A stretch of DNA of 63,587 nucleotides, the filler included. It is 6 parts of 6 records of this genome, joined end to end, with 100 filler letters (N's around TTAATTAATTAA, not from the genome) between each part and the next. Parts side by side here need not be neighbours in the genome. Positions count along the whole stretch, not along the records: positions 1 to 8,381 come from SRR31156797_13805; positions 8,482 to 27,389 come from SRR31156797_13809; 4 more parts are not named here. One strand, given 5' to 3'. Below, one piece after another: positions 1 to 8,482 of the stretch; position 1 is the stretch's first letter; each line of letters starts with the position of its first letter. A program made the position numbers and the translations under genes. The notes under the pieces were generated by a model that saw nothing but the letters and a program-made list of their open reading frames with translations, was not told the DNA's origin and ran no database searches.

Positions 1-52
1 TCAGGTAGTTAACACCCGTTCTTTTCTCTTGTATTACGTTTATCTTGGGTGG

Positions 53-85
53 AAAGGTGAGTAAAAGGTGAGTAAAAGGTGAGTG
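53..85 (+). repeat. Three tandem 11-bp repeats AAAGGTGAGT(A/G); candidate integrase arm-type sites
   Basis: Copies at 53-63, 64-74 and 75-85; an identical 11-mer recurs at 8237-8247. Confidence 0.8.
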
Positions 86-595
86 GGGGAGAATTGCTTT
101 TAAGCATAGTTCGCGTCAGTTTTTTTGCAACCAGCAGGTCAGCTTTTATAATATGACAAATTTATTAGTATGGTTGTTCGCGAAGTCGTAAGTGCTTCCA
201 GCAGCAGGATTTCAGGTGTGAAAGCTGGCAACATTAAATTTCTTTTTTTTGAGAAAAAATTAATATGAACTTAAAATTAAGATTGACAAAATCATAACAC
301 TAAGAATATTAGCAGCAAAATAAATGCACCGCATATTGTTCGTATAAATGTTGGTATGCGTGAACTTGCGACTTTTAATTTGACTTTTGAGCTGTACATG
401 GTCGGGGGCAGCTTCAAGGAGTTTATATTTATGCGTTATATATTTTCATTACCCCGTATTGGCTATTTTGCTGTGATTATTTTACTTCATTTCAATTCTG
501 TTTTGTCCAGCCATTGGTCTTTCCTATCGAATTGTACGCCTACCTATTGTTCGCATTAATCTCGCAGTTTTTATTTAAATTTACGCTTAAGTTTC

Positions 596-622
596 TAAAG
601 ATATGAAATGTATTGCCGATAT
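596..622 (+). promoter_or_regulatory. Sigma-28 (FliA)-type promoter
   Basis: TAAA (596-599), 15-bp spacer, GCCGATAT (615-622); consensus is TAAA-N15-GCCGATAA. It lies 86 bp upstream of the ATG at 709, which has a GGAGG RBS. Confidence 0.75.
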
Positions 623-708
623 AATCAGTGTGCTCATGCGTTGATTAATTATGTGTGATTAAACTTAATTTATAGTTTTAAATTTTCTAACAACCACTGG
701 AGGATGAT

Positions 709-2298
709 ATGGCTTCTCCTATTTCAGGTCAGGGTAATGGGATTGAATCGCATTTAGTCTCAGAAGATAGATTGAATAAAAATCGGGAAACTCAGGCTGC
801 AAATGCTGTGGGTAAGATTAAGCAGGAATCCGGCAAAGAGGGGCTGGTCCAGAGCGACAAGATTGAGCTTTCTGACGATGCTAAGAACTTGGCTAAGTAT
901 CAGCAGGAGCCCTTGCAGCTTGCGGACGGGCAGTACTCTGTTACCGATAAGGCCCCGGAAGGCGCTACTACCCTGACCATGGCGAAAGCCACGACTCAAT
1001 CCGGGCGAACTTTGACCATCAATAAAGTCATGACAGGCGCAAGCGAAAATAATGAAGGTGGTAATTTCTTCGGTTTTCAGGCCAATGTTTACAAGCCTGA
1101 TGGGAAGCTTGAGTACAGCTTTTTTCTGCAAAAAGACACGATATTCAGTGAGAACGCCGATGGTTCGCTTAATGTGCAGGATTACGTGAAGGGTGCGGAA
1201 ACTGACGGTGATGACATAATCATCGGGCAGGAAGGCAAGGATCTGAGCGGCGGCAAGGGTAATGACACTATAGTTGATCTGTACAGCGAGAAAAACCAAA
1301 ACGGTCAGGACGGTATAAGTTCTTCAATTGATGGCGGTGACGGTGACGACACAATCATTGCCAAGGGCGGTATGCATAACAAGACGGTCACCACCGGGGC
1401 AGGGAACGATACCATCAAGGTTGATGGAAGTATCGGTAATTCCAGTATTGATACCGGGGCTGGAGATGACAACATCATTGTTTCCGGAAATTTCTCTTCA
1501 GTTACTGGCACTGATATTAAGATGGGTGATGGTGCGGATAGTCTTAATATGACAGGTGAAAATGCTGAACTGAATGGAACAATTGATACCGGAGCCGGGG
1601 ATGACAGTATTAACATGGCTAAAGGTGGAAAAGTAAATGGTGATGTCAATACAGGAGCAGGTGCTGATAACATATCTGTGCGTAAGGGCCGGATTGACGG
1701 GGATATCAAGACCGGTTCTGGTGATGACAATGTCGTAACTGGCTTGTTCGCAGGGACCATAGATACGGGTTCAGGTAATGACACGATCAAGGCAGAGAAT
1801 GTCAGTGGGGATATCAATACAGGAGCTGGAGACGATACGCTGAAAGTTGGCGAGGGAGGTATAGGGTCGTCAAATATCAGTATGGGGGCTGGAGATGATG
1901 TTCTTGATGCCAAGAATGGCGACGTTCACTTTAGTACAATCAATACCGGAAGCGGCAATGATACAGTTACTGTAATGGATACTTCGGACAGCACGATTAA
2001 TCTCGGTAGCGGCAATGATAGTCTTACTGCCCGTCTGGTGATGTCTAATTCGAGATTATACGGTGGTGACGGAGATGACTCGCTGAATGTTCTTGCTAGT
2101 GTTTTGGACAGCTTCATTGATATGGGGGCAGGTAATGACATGGTTCATATTGCGGGTGATCTGGTTAACAGCATTCTCGCAATGGGAGAAGGTGAAGAAG
2201 ACAGTGTGTTTATCGGTGGTGGTGCTTCCAGCAGCAAAATCTCCGGTGTGAAAGATAGCAACCTTTGGATTATGGGGAAGCGGGCTGATAAATATTAA
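709..2298 (+). CDS. Ca-binding beta-roll/RTX-like repeat protein with FlgM-like N-terminal motif
   Basis: 529 aa; many (I/V)xTG(A/S)G(D/N)DxI repeats; DKIELSDDAK near residue 50; no signal peptide. Confidence 0.85.
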   Translation: MASPISGQGNGIESHLVSEDRLNKNRETQAANAVGKIKQESGKEGLVQSDKIELSDDAKNLAKYQQEPLQLADGQYSVTDKAPEGATTLTMAKATTQSGRTLTINKVMTGASENNEGGNFFGFQANVYKPDGKLEYSFFLQKDTIFSENADGSLNVQDYVKGAETDGDDIIIGQEGKDLSGGKGNDTIVDLYSEKNQNGQDGISSSIDGGDGDDTIIAKGGMHNKTVTTGAGNDTIKVDGSIGNSSIDTGAGDDNIIVSGNFSSVTGTDIKMGDGADSLNMTGENAELNGTIDTGAGDDSINMAKGGKVNGDVNTGAGADNISVRKGRIDGDIKTGSGDDNVVTGLFAGTIDTGSGNDTIKAENVSGDINTGAGDDTLKVGEGGIGSSNISMGAGDDVLDAKNGDVHFSTINTGSGNDTVTVMDTSDSTINLGSGNDSLTARLVMSNSRLYGGDGDDSLNVLASVLDSFIDMGAGNDMVHIAGDLVNSILAMGEGEEDSVFIGGGASSSKISGVKDSNLWIMGKRADKY

Positions 2299-2341
2299 AA
2301 TACATTTTCCAATAACCCTTTAACTAACTAGGAGAAAAATT

Positions 2342-4267
2342 ATGGCAACAGATGTAAATGCCAAAATTCTTGAACTACACCAAGGAGCAACAAGGGCGTT
2401 CCGTTCTGATACTTTTAAGGACTTCACGATGCTTTGTTCTGGCTGGGGAGCTAACCCTGCCCCTAACGATCCGCAAATTACCCGAGGTGATTGGACAATT
2501 GTAGAACACCTTAATCCAAATGGTTATAATGCGTTAAGCCATGAGTTTCGTGTTACCGGAACTGCAAATGACCTTATTGAAGGAGATGTGGCCGGTTACA
2601 CTTTTGTACAAAATGATGTTGTCCCGGATGGCCCCGGATATAAGCCTCCTGTTGCGGCAAGTCCGTCAGACGGTAGGTATAAAGGACCGAAAAGGTCGTT
2701 TAATGACATTATTAAAGCCGGTGGCGGTAATGATGTTGTTTATGGAAAAACAGGTAATGATGAGCTGCATGGGGGCAGCGGTGATGACTATCTTAATGGT
2801 GGTTCCGGAAGAGATCAGCTTTTTGGTGGCACCGGTGATGATGTTCTTGTCGGTGATGCCCAAGATATAAAGATTGATGGCGGGGCAGGTCACGATGTGC
2901 TCATTGCCAATGGTGACATGTCTCAAGTCAAGATTTTGGGCATCGAAGAGATTTATGGTGGCGCCGGGGATGATAATATTAGAATTAATGGTGACACTGC
3001 GGCTACCCTCGTTGGCGGCGCAGGCAATGACATTCTCGAAGGTGGGAATGGCAACGACACCCTCATCGGTGGCGCAGGCGCAGACGTGCTCAAAGGCGGC
3101 GCAGGCGACGACATTATCGTAGCAGATAATGACGACACTCTTGTTGACGGCGGCGAAGGCACAGACAGCCTGTCTGTCAGCGGTTCCTTCAACATGGCTA
3201 ATACTGTTAACGTAGAGAAAGCTATCGGCAGCGATGCAGCGAACAGCATTATTGGTAACGCCGAGAACAATATCATCTACGGTAACGGCGGTAACGACAC
3301 CCTCGAAGGTGGTGCAGGCAACGACCAGCTTATTGGCGGTGCAGGTGCGGACGTGCTCAAGGGTGGTGCTGGTGATGATATTATCGCAGCAGACAACGAG
3401 GATACCCTTGTTGATGGTGGCGAAGGCATAGACAGCCTGTCTATCAGCGGTTCCTTCGACATGGCTAATACTACCAGTGTAGAAAAAGTTTTCGGCGGCA
3501 CAGCAGCGGACACTGTTGTCGGTAATGCTGAGAATAATATGATTTGGGGTAATGGCGGCAATGATACCATTTCCGGTGGTGCCGGTAATGACCAGCTTGT
3601 TGGCGGAAGCGGTGACGACACCCTCGACGGCGGCGCAGATAACGATGTGCTGCTCGGTGGTTCCGGTGCGGATGTACTTAAAGGCGGAGCTGGTGTTGAC
3701 GTTGCGGATTATTCTGCATCTTCAGCTGCGGTTACTGTTAACCTTACTGCTGGAACAGGCACCGGCGGTGATGCCCAGGGCGATACCCTTAGCGAAATTG
3801 AAAGTGTGCAAGGGTCCGCTCATAATGACACCATCGCCGGTGCTGCGAACGGTAACATCTTATACGGTGGTAACGGAAATGACAACCTGCTCGGCTTGGG
3901 TGGTGATGATATTCTTAACGGCGGTGCCGGTAACGATGCTTTGTACGGCGGTTCCGGCACAGACCATCTCCTCGGCGGAGCCGGTGACGATATCTACGTT
4001 TTCCAGCAAGGCAACCAGAACGATGTTGTTTATGAAGACGCCAACGGCGGAACAGATACAGCCTATATCAAGGATTTCAGTAGTGTAGGTATCTATAAGA
4101 ACGGTAATAACCTCCTCATTGCTGCCAACGGCAACAAGGATATCATGCAGTTCAAAGACTGGTATTCTTCCAAGTCCGTAGAGAAATTCTACTTTGAAGC
4201 AGTTAATGCCATGTACTCTGCTGACCAGATGGCAAGCATGGCTGTGGATATCACTCCCGCGTCATAA
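2342..4267 (+). CDS. RTX hemolysin-type Ca-binding protein, probable T1SS substrate
   Basis: 641 aa; many GGxGxDxLx nonapeptides; C-terminal 'NLLI...DIMQFKDWY' segment typical of RTX C-termini; AGGAG RBS. Confidence 0.9.
   Translation: MATDVNAKILELHQGATRAFRSDTFKDFTMLCSGWGANPAPNDPQITRGDWTIVEHLNPNGYNALSHEFRVTGTANDLIEGDVAGYTFVQNDVVPDGPGYKPPVAASPSDGRYKGPKRSFNDIIKAGGGNDVVYGKTGNDELHGGSGDDYLNGGSGRDQLFGGTGDDVLVGDAQDIKIDGGAGHDVLIANGDMSQVKILGIEEIYGGAGDDNIRINGDTAATLVGGAGNDILEGGNGNDTLIGGAGADVLKGGAGDDIIVADNDDTLVDGGEGTDSLSVSGSFNMANTVNVEKAIGSDAANSIIGNAENNIIYGNGGNDTLEGGAGNDQLIGGAGADVLKGGAGDDIIAADNEDTLVDGGEGIDSLSISGSFDMANTTSVEKVFGGTAADTVVGNAENNMIWGNGGNDTISGGAGNDQLVGGSGDDTLDGGADNDVLLGGSGADVLKGGAGVDVADYSASSAAVTVNLTAGTGTGGDAQGDTLSEIESVQGSAHNDTIAGAANGNILYGGNGNDNLLGLGGDDILNGGAGNDALYGGSGTDHLLGGAGDDIYVFQQGNQNDVVYEDANGGTDTAYIKDFSSVGIYKNGNNLLIAANGNKDIMQFKDWYSSKSVEKFYFEAVNAMYSADQMASMAVDITPAS
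3068..3601 (+). repeat. Intragenic tandem duplication, 267-nt (89-aa) period, in the RTX gene
   Basis: GGAGADVLKGGAGDDII...DTLVDGGEG.DSLS.SGSF.MANT..VEK...GNAENN.I.GNGGNDT starts at 3068 and again at 3335. Confidence 0.85.
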
Positions 4268-4279
4268 GTTGAATATTGA

Positions 4280-4308
4280 AAGGCCCGGAGATTTGTTTTC
4301 CGGGCCTT
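4280..4308 (+). terminator. Stem-loop between the RTX genes and the T1SS genes (terminator/attenuator or mRNA stabiliser)
   Basis: AAGGCCCGGA / TCCGGGCCTT 10-bp stem with only a weak U tail. Confidence 0.6.
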
Positions 4309-4353
4309 ATTCTATACGGCAGTAACTTTTCCGATATCATTAGGCGATTCTCA

Positions 4354-6510
4354 ATGCAGCACGATACCCAGTCGGCAGCTCTTGACTCAGGTCTGGAGTG
4401 CCTTGTTTTTATTGCGCGTTTTCACAATATCCCGATTTCCACGGAAGCTGTCCGTCATGAGTACCCTCCCCGTGGGGAATTCATGGACAGTATTGAAATT
4501 CTGCGGGCGGCAAAAGCGATCAAATTAAAAGCCAAGGAAGCCCGGAAAGATTTTGACGAGCTTTCAATACTGCCCACCCCGGCAATGTTCATGGGGCGGG
4601 ACGGGGTCTGGAAAGTTCTGGGCCGGGTCAGCGACGGTACAGCCCTGATCAGGGACCCCCGCAAGGACAGTGCGGAACTGGTCAAGGAAGAGGAACTGGA
4701 AAAGGACTGGAGCGGGCAGGTCATCATGCTCGCCCGTATGGGCATCCTGCCGGAAGGATTGCGTAAGTTTAACCTTAGCTGGTTTATTCCTTCGATCATT
4801 AAGTATAAAAAGCTGTTTGGCGAAGTCCTGCTGGCTTCATTTTTTTTACAGATATTCGCCCTTGTTACTCCTTTGTTCTTTCAGGTGGTGGTGGATAAGG
4901 TGTTGGTCAACAAGGGGCTGACCACGCTTGATGTACTTGCCGTCGGACTCATGATTGTTTCGGTTTTCGAAGTGGTACTCGGCGGCATGCGCACATGGCT
5001 TTTTTCGCATACGGCCTACCGGGTGGATGTCATGCTCGGTGCACGGCTTTTTAATCATATGGTCAAACTGCCCATCGCCTATTTCAACTCTCGGAGGGTG
5101 GGGGATTCCGTTGCCCGTGTGCGGGAACTGGAGAGTTTGCGCCGTTTTCTGACCGGATCGACTTTAACCCTAATAATCGACCTTTGCTTCACTGTAGTGT
5201 TTTTTATTGCCATGCTCTGTTACTCCCCGTTGCTGACCGGAGTCGTGGCGGCAATCATTCCGTTGTATGTGATCCTTTCCTTCTGTATTACCCCGATCCT
5301 GCGTAAATTTCTGGAAGATAAATTCCAGCGCGGTGCTGAGAATCAGGCTTTTCTGGTGGAGACCATTTCGGATATCCACACTGTTAAGGCTATGGCTGTT
5401 GAACCGCAGTTCCAAAGGCGCTGGGAAGATACCATTGCCAATTACGTGCGTTCGGCTTTCCGGGCGGACAATCTGGGTAACTTTGCGGTGCAGGCCACGC
5501 AATTCATTAATAAATTAACCACCGTGCTGGTTATCTGGTTTGGTGCGCGGGCTGTTATCGCAGGGGATATGAGTATCGGGCAGCTTGTGGCTTTCAATAT
5601 GTTTGCCCAGCGGGTCAGCGGGCCGATCCTGCGTCTTGCCAAGGTCTGGCAGGATCTCCAGCAGGCCGGGGTTTCCCTTGAGCGGCTTGGGGATATTCTC
5701 AACAACCCCACGGAAGCAGTGAATAATGCCGCAACTAATCCGGGAACCATCAAGGGACAGATCAGATTTGAGAATGTAAGTTTCAGGTATCGCCCGGATG
5801 GACCTTTTATTCTGGATAATATCAACCTGACCGTTAATCCCGGAGAATCGATAGGTATTGTGGGCCGTTCCGGTTCAGGTAAAAGCACTCTGACTAGTTT
5901 GTTGCAGCGGTTCTATCCACCTGAAAACGGACGTGTGCTGGTGGATGGTATCGATCTCAATTTGGTTGAAGTCTCATGGTTGCGCAGGCAGATCGGGGTG
6001 GTCTTGCAGGAAAGCAAGCTATTCAATCGTGACGTCCGGGACAACATTGCCCTGTCCGATCCCGGTGTGGATATGAATCGGGTCATGCATGCCGCAGCCC
6101 TTGCCGGGGCGCATGATTTTATCCTTGAGTTGGCCGAAGGTTATTCCACCATAGTTGGAGAACAGGGATCAACACTTTCCGGCGGTCAGCGGCAGCGAAT
6201 CGCCATTGCCCGCGCCTTGCTGACCAACCCGAGAATCCTGATTTTGGACGAAGCCACTAGTGCCCTTGATTACGAATCTGAACATATTATCCAAAACAAT
6301 ATGAGTGCCATCAGTCAGAATCGCACTGTAATGGTTATTGCGCATCGGCTTTCCACTATTCGCCTCTGTGACCGAATCATCGTTATGGATAAGGGTAAGA
6401 TAGTAGAACAAGGTACACATTCAGATCTTATCGCTCAGAATGGATACTACAGAAAACTCTGGGATTATCAGAATAAGGATATGGGAGGCGGCAGTGAAGA
6501 AGCGGCGTAA
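4354..6510 (+). CDS. hlyB: Type I secretion ABC transporter, HlyB family, with C39-like domain
   Basis: N-terminal DSGLECL (Ser at the C39 catalytic Cys position); ABC TM domain; Walker A GRSGSGKS; LSGGQRQR; ILDEATSALD. ATG 4354 preferred over TTG 4276, whose reading frame runs through the hairpin. Confidence 0.93.
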   Translation: MQHDTQSAALDSGLECLVFIARFHNIPISTEAVRHEYPPRGEFMDSIEILRAAKAIKLKAKEARKDFDELSILPTPAMFMGRDGVWKVLGRVSDGTALIRDPRKDSAELVKEEELEKDWSGQVIMLARMGILPEGLRKFNLSWFIPSIIKYKKLFGEVLLASFFLQIFALVTPLFFQVVVDKVLVNKGLTTLDVLAVGLMIVSVFEVVLGGMRTWLFSHTAYRVDVMLGARLFNHMVKLPIAYFNSRRVGDSVARVRELESLRRFLTGSTLTLIIDLCFTVVFFIAMLCYSPLLTGVVAAIIPLYVILSFCITPILRKFLEDKFQRGAENQAFLVETISDIHTVKAMAVEPQFQRRWEDTIANYVRSAFRADNLGNFAVQATQFINKLTTVLVIWFGARAVIAGDMSIGQLVAFNMFAQRVSGPILRLAKVWQDLQQAGVSLERLGDILNNPTEAVNNAATNPGTIKGQIRFENVSFRYRPDGPFILDNINLTVNPGESIGIVGRSGSGKSTLTSLLQRFYPPENGRVLVDGIDLNLVEVSWLRRQIGVVLQESKLFNRDVRDNIALSDPGVDMNRVMHAAALAGAHDFILELAEGYSTIVGEQGSTLSGGQRQRIAIARALLTNPRILILDEATSALDYESEHIIQNNMSAISQNRTVMVIAHRLSTIRLCDRIIVMDKGKIVEQGTHSDLIAQNGYYRKLWDYQNKDMGGGSEEAA

Positions 6511-7909
6511 GGGAATACTTCTGCATCTGCCCATGCGTGCCTACTCAAGCCTCGGCGGCTGGGCGGGAAAGATGGTTGAATCAAAGCCGAAGCAGGAAAC
6601 TGAATTTATGCCCGGAGCACTTGAGGTGGTGGAAACTCCTCCATCTCCCACGGGACGTATAATCATCAGGACAATTGTTCTTTTTGTCGTCATTTCAGTT
6701 CTCTGGGCAACCTTCAGTCGTATTGATGTGGTTGCCACTGCATCAGGCAAGATTATTCCCAGCGGCAAGGCCAAGATTATCCAGCCTGCCGAGATAGGTG
6801 TTGTTCAACAGATTTTGGTTAAGGAAGGACAGAGCGTAAATAAAGGCGACCTGCTTATTTCTTTGGACCCGACAATTAATGAAGCTGATATTACAGAGTT
6901 TGAGAATCAACTTATCCGGGCATATTGTGACAATATCCTCTACAGCGCATTGAGTCGTTGGAAAGTCGGTACTTCGGTCGGTAAAAAACTGGTTTTTACT
7001 GAGGGGACAGATTCCAACTTGAAGCTGCTTTATCAGCACCGTTTTGAATATGAGGCGATGGCCATTAACGACAAGTTGAGCGGCATTAACGGTGAGATAG
7101 AAAAAGACAAGATTCATCAGCAGAACATTAAGCATCAGATCAAGAAAAAATCTGCTGTTCTGGAGATCATTACGAAACGCACCGAGGCCATGCGCAAGCT
7201 TTACAAGCAGGATTCTGCCTCCGAACATGACTGGCTTTTTCAGGAACAGAAGCGTGTAGCAGCAGAGCAGGATTATGAGTCCGCCAAGCAGGAGGAGCAG
7301 GAGTGTCTTGCCTCCATTGAAAAGCTAGAGCGTGATAAGAAACAGGTTATATCTGAATTTAGGCGCGACACATTGCATAAAAAGTCGGATGCGCAAAATA
7401 TGATTGAAATGCTCCAGCAGCGTCTGGCCAAAGCTGAACAACGCAACAGATTGCAGCAACTGACAGCCCCTGTTGATGGTGAAGTTCAGCAGCTCTCCGT
7501 GCATACCATCGGCGGAGTGGTTAAGGAAGCGCAGCCGCTTATGGTTATCGTTCCGGAGCAAAGTGTGCTGGAGGTTGAAGCCAGTATACTTAACCGTGAT
7601 ATCGGTTTTGTTAAAGAAGGGCAGTTGGCGGAGGTCAAACTGGAAGCTTTTCCATACACAGAATACGGGTCCATTCCCGGTGAAGTCATGTCCGTTTCCA
7701 GTGACGCCGTGCAGGACAGGGAAGGAAATCTTACCTTTTTGTGCCGGGTGAAGCTTAATCAGGATTTTATTCCGGTGAATGGGCAGAAGGTTAGATTAAT
7801 CCCCGGTATGCGCGCAACAGCGGAAGTTGCAATTCGTAAACGCAGGCTCATCACCTATTTTCTTTCCCCGCTGATGAAGTACAAAACTGAAAGTTTGAGG
7901 GAACGGTAG
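6494..7909 (+). CDS. hlyD: Type I secretion membrane fusion protein, HlyD family
   Basis: EFMPGALEVVETPPSP, single TM, coiled coil, APVDGEVQQL, EAFPYTEYG, PGMRATAEV. GTG at 6494 has a GGGAGG RBS. Confidence 0.93.
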   Translation: MKKRRKGILLHLPMRAYSSLGGWAGKMVESKPKQETEFMPGALEVVETPPSPTGRIIIRTIVLFVVISVLWATFSRIDVVATASGKIIPSGKAKIIQPAEIGVVQQILVKEGQSVNKGDLLISLDPTINEADITEFENQLIRAYCDNILYSALSRWKVGTSVGKKLVFTEGTDSNLKLLYQHRFEYEAMAINDKLSGINGEIEKDKIHQQNIKHQIKKKSAVLEIITKRTEAMRKLYKQDSASEHDWLFQEQKRVAAEQDYESAKQEEQECLASIEKLERDKKQVISEFRRDTLHKKSDAQNMIEMLQQRLAKAEQRNRLQQLTAPVDGEVQQLSVHTIGGVVKEAQPLMVIVPEQSVLEVEASILNRDIGFVKEGQLAEVKLEAFPYTEYGSIPGEVMSVSSDAVQDREGNLTFLCRVKLNQDFIPVNGQKVRLIPGMRATAEVAIRKRRLITYFLSPLMKYKTESLRER

Positions 7910-8190
7910 CGACGGACTTGTGAGTCTGTGTTTTTTATGGTTGCAGTCCACAAAGTGTACGCAAATTTGCGAATAAAATAGGTGCTGCTCCAACAGACAC
8001 GTCTGTGGACTGGGATGTTTCAAAGTTATTGCCGTCCGTGTTCCACGGATGCGGTTTGTATTCAGGCTGAAATTTCCGAGAAGTTTTCCGTGGGAAGGGA
8101 CTGCAACCCTCAGCGTCAGCTGAATCAAGAGTCCATGATCCAGCGTCGTTTTCAGTACCTGCGGAAAGGCTGGCCCCTTATAGAAGGTAT

Positions 8191-8215
8191 AAAAAAGCCT
8201 GTTCATCCGAACAGG
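8191..8215 (-). terminator. Rho-independent terminator downstream of the tRNA fragment
   Basis: Minus strand reads CCTGTTC-GGAT-GAACAGG-C-TTTTTT. Confidence 0.7.
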
Positions 8216-8224
8216 ATTGAAAAA

Positions 8225-8381
8225 TTAGGCTAGTAAAAAGGTGAGTAGATTTGTTAGTTATTCACTGTTTTCCGCTGTAACCTATTGAAATAATTGGCTG
8301 GCAATACGGAGTTCGAACCTGTGGCCTTCAGCTCCAGAGGCTACGGAATCGTATCCGGTGTATGTTATTTCAGGTAGTTAA
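8225..8381. other. attP-like junction: two arm repeats, inverted IHF-like sites, tRNA core
   Basis: Arms: TTAGGCTAGTA (8225-8235, degenerate) and AAAGGTGAGTA (8237-8247). TAACCTATTGAAATAA (8278-8293) and TTATTTCAGGTAGTTA (8365-8380) are a 12/16 inverted pair resembling WATCAANNNNTTR. Confidence 0.7.
8295..8341 (-). pseudogene. Degenerate tRNA 3' half (most like tRNA-Arg CCG; Gln CTG not excluded)
   Basis: Minus strand GCCTCTGGAGCTGAAGGCCACAGGTTCGAACTCCGTATTGCCAGCCA shows anticodon loop, variable loop, GGTTCGAA T-loop and CCA end. T-stem is imperfect and there is no 5' half. Confidence 0.7.
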
Positions 8382-8481
8382 NNNNNNNNNNNNNNNNNNN
8401 NNNNNNNNNNNNNNNNNNNNNNNNNTTAATTAATTAANNNNNNNNNNNNNNNNNNNNNNNNNNNNNNNNNNNNNNNNNNNN
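8382..8481. other. Artificial contig linker
   Basis: 44 N + TTAATTAATTAA + 44 N. Confidence 0.99.
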
Positions 8482-8482
8482 C

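Larger units (their letters stand above)
1..8381. mobile_element. Putative integrase-less, tRNA-targeted integrative cassette (excised circle, or one unit of a tandem island array) carrying RTX/T1SS cargo
   Basis: TCAGGTAGTTAA occurs at 1-12 and 8370-8381. Joining the ends gives arm repeats, IHF-like site, tRNA 3' fragment, IHF-like site, arm repeats. No integrase ORF is visible. Confidence 0.65.

Noticed and set aside
53-85. Tandem 11-mers as a CRISPR array or plasmid iterons
   Set aside because: No spacers, no cas or rep gene. Recurrence on the other side of a tRNA core fits integrase arm sites better.
356-559. 67-aa ORF upstream of the RTX genes
   Set aside because: AT-rich regulatory region, no clear RBS, no recognisable motif.
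760-4088. Ser/Pro-rich antisense and alternative-frame ORFs over the RTX genes
   Set aside because: Shadows of Gly/Asp codon repeats.
7796-8233. ORFs 7982-8233 (+) and 7796-8206 (-) as integrase or excisionase remnants
   Set aside because: No R-H-R-Y or HTH/AlpA motif is visible, and they run through the terminator hairpin.
8382-8481. Recurrent TTAATTAATTAA within N runs (also at 27390, 34758, 50355, 58287)
   Set aside because: Identical 100-bp artificial linkers. No cross-contig synteny should be inferred.
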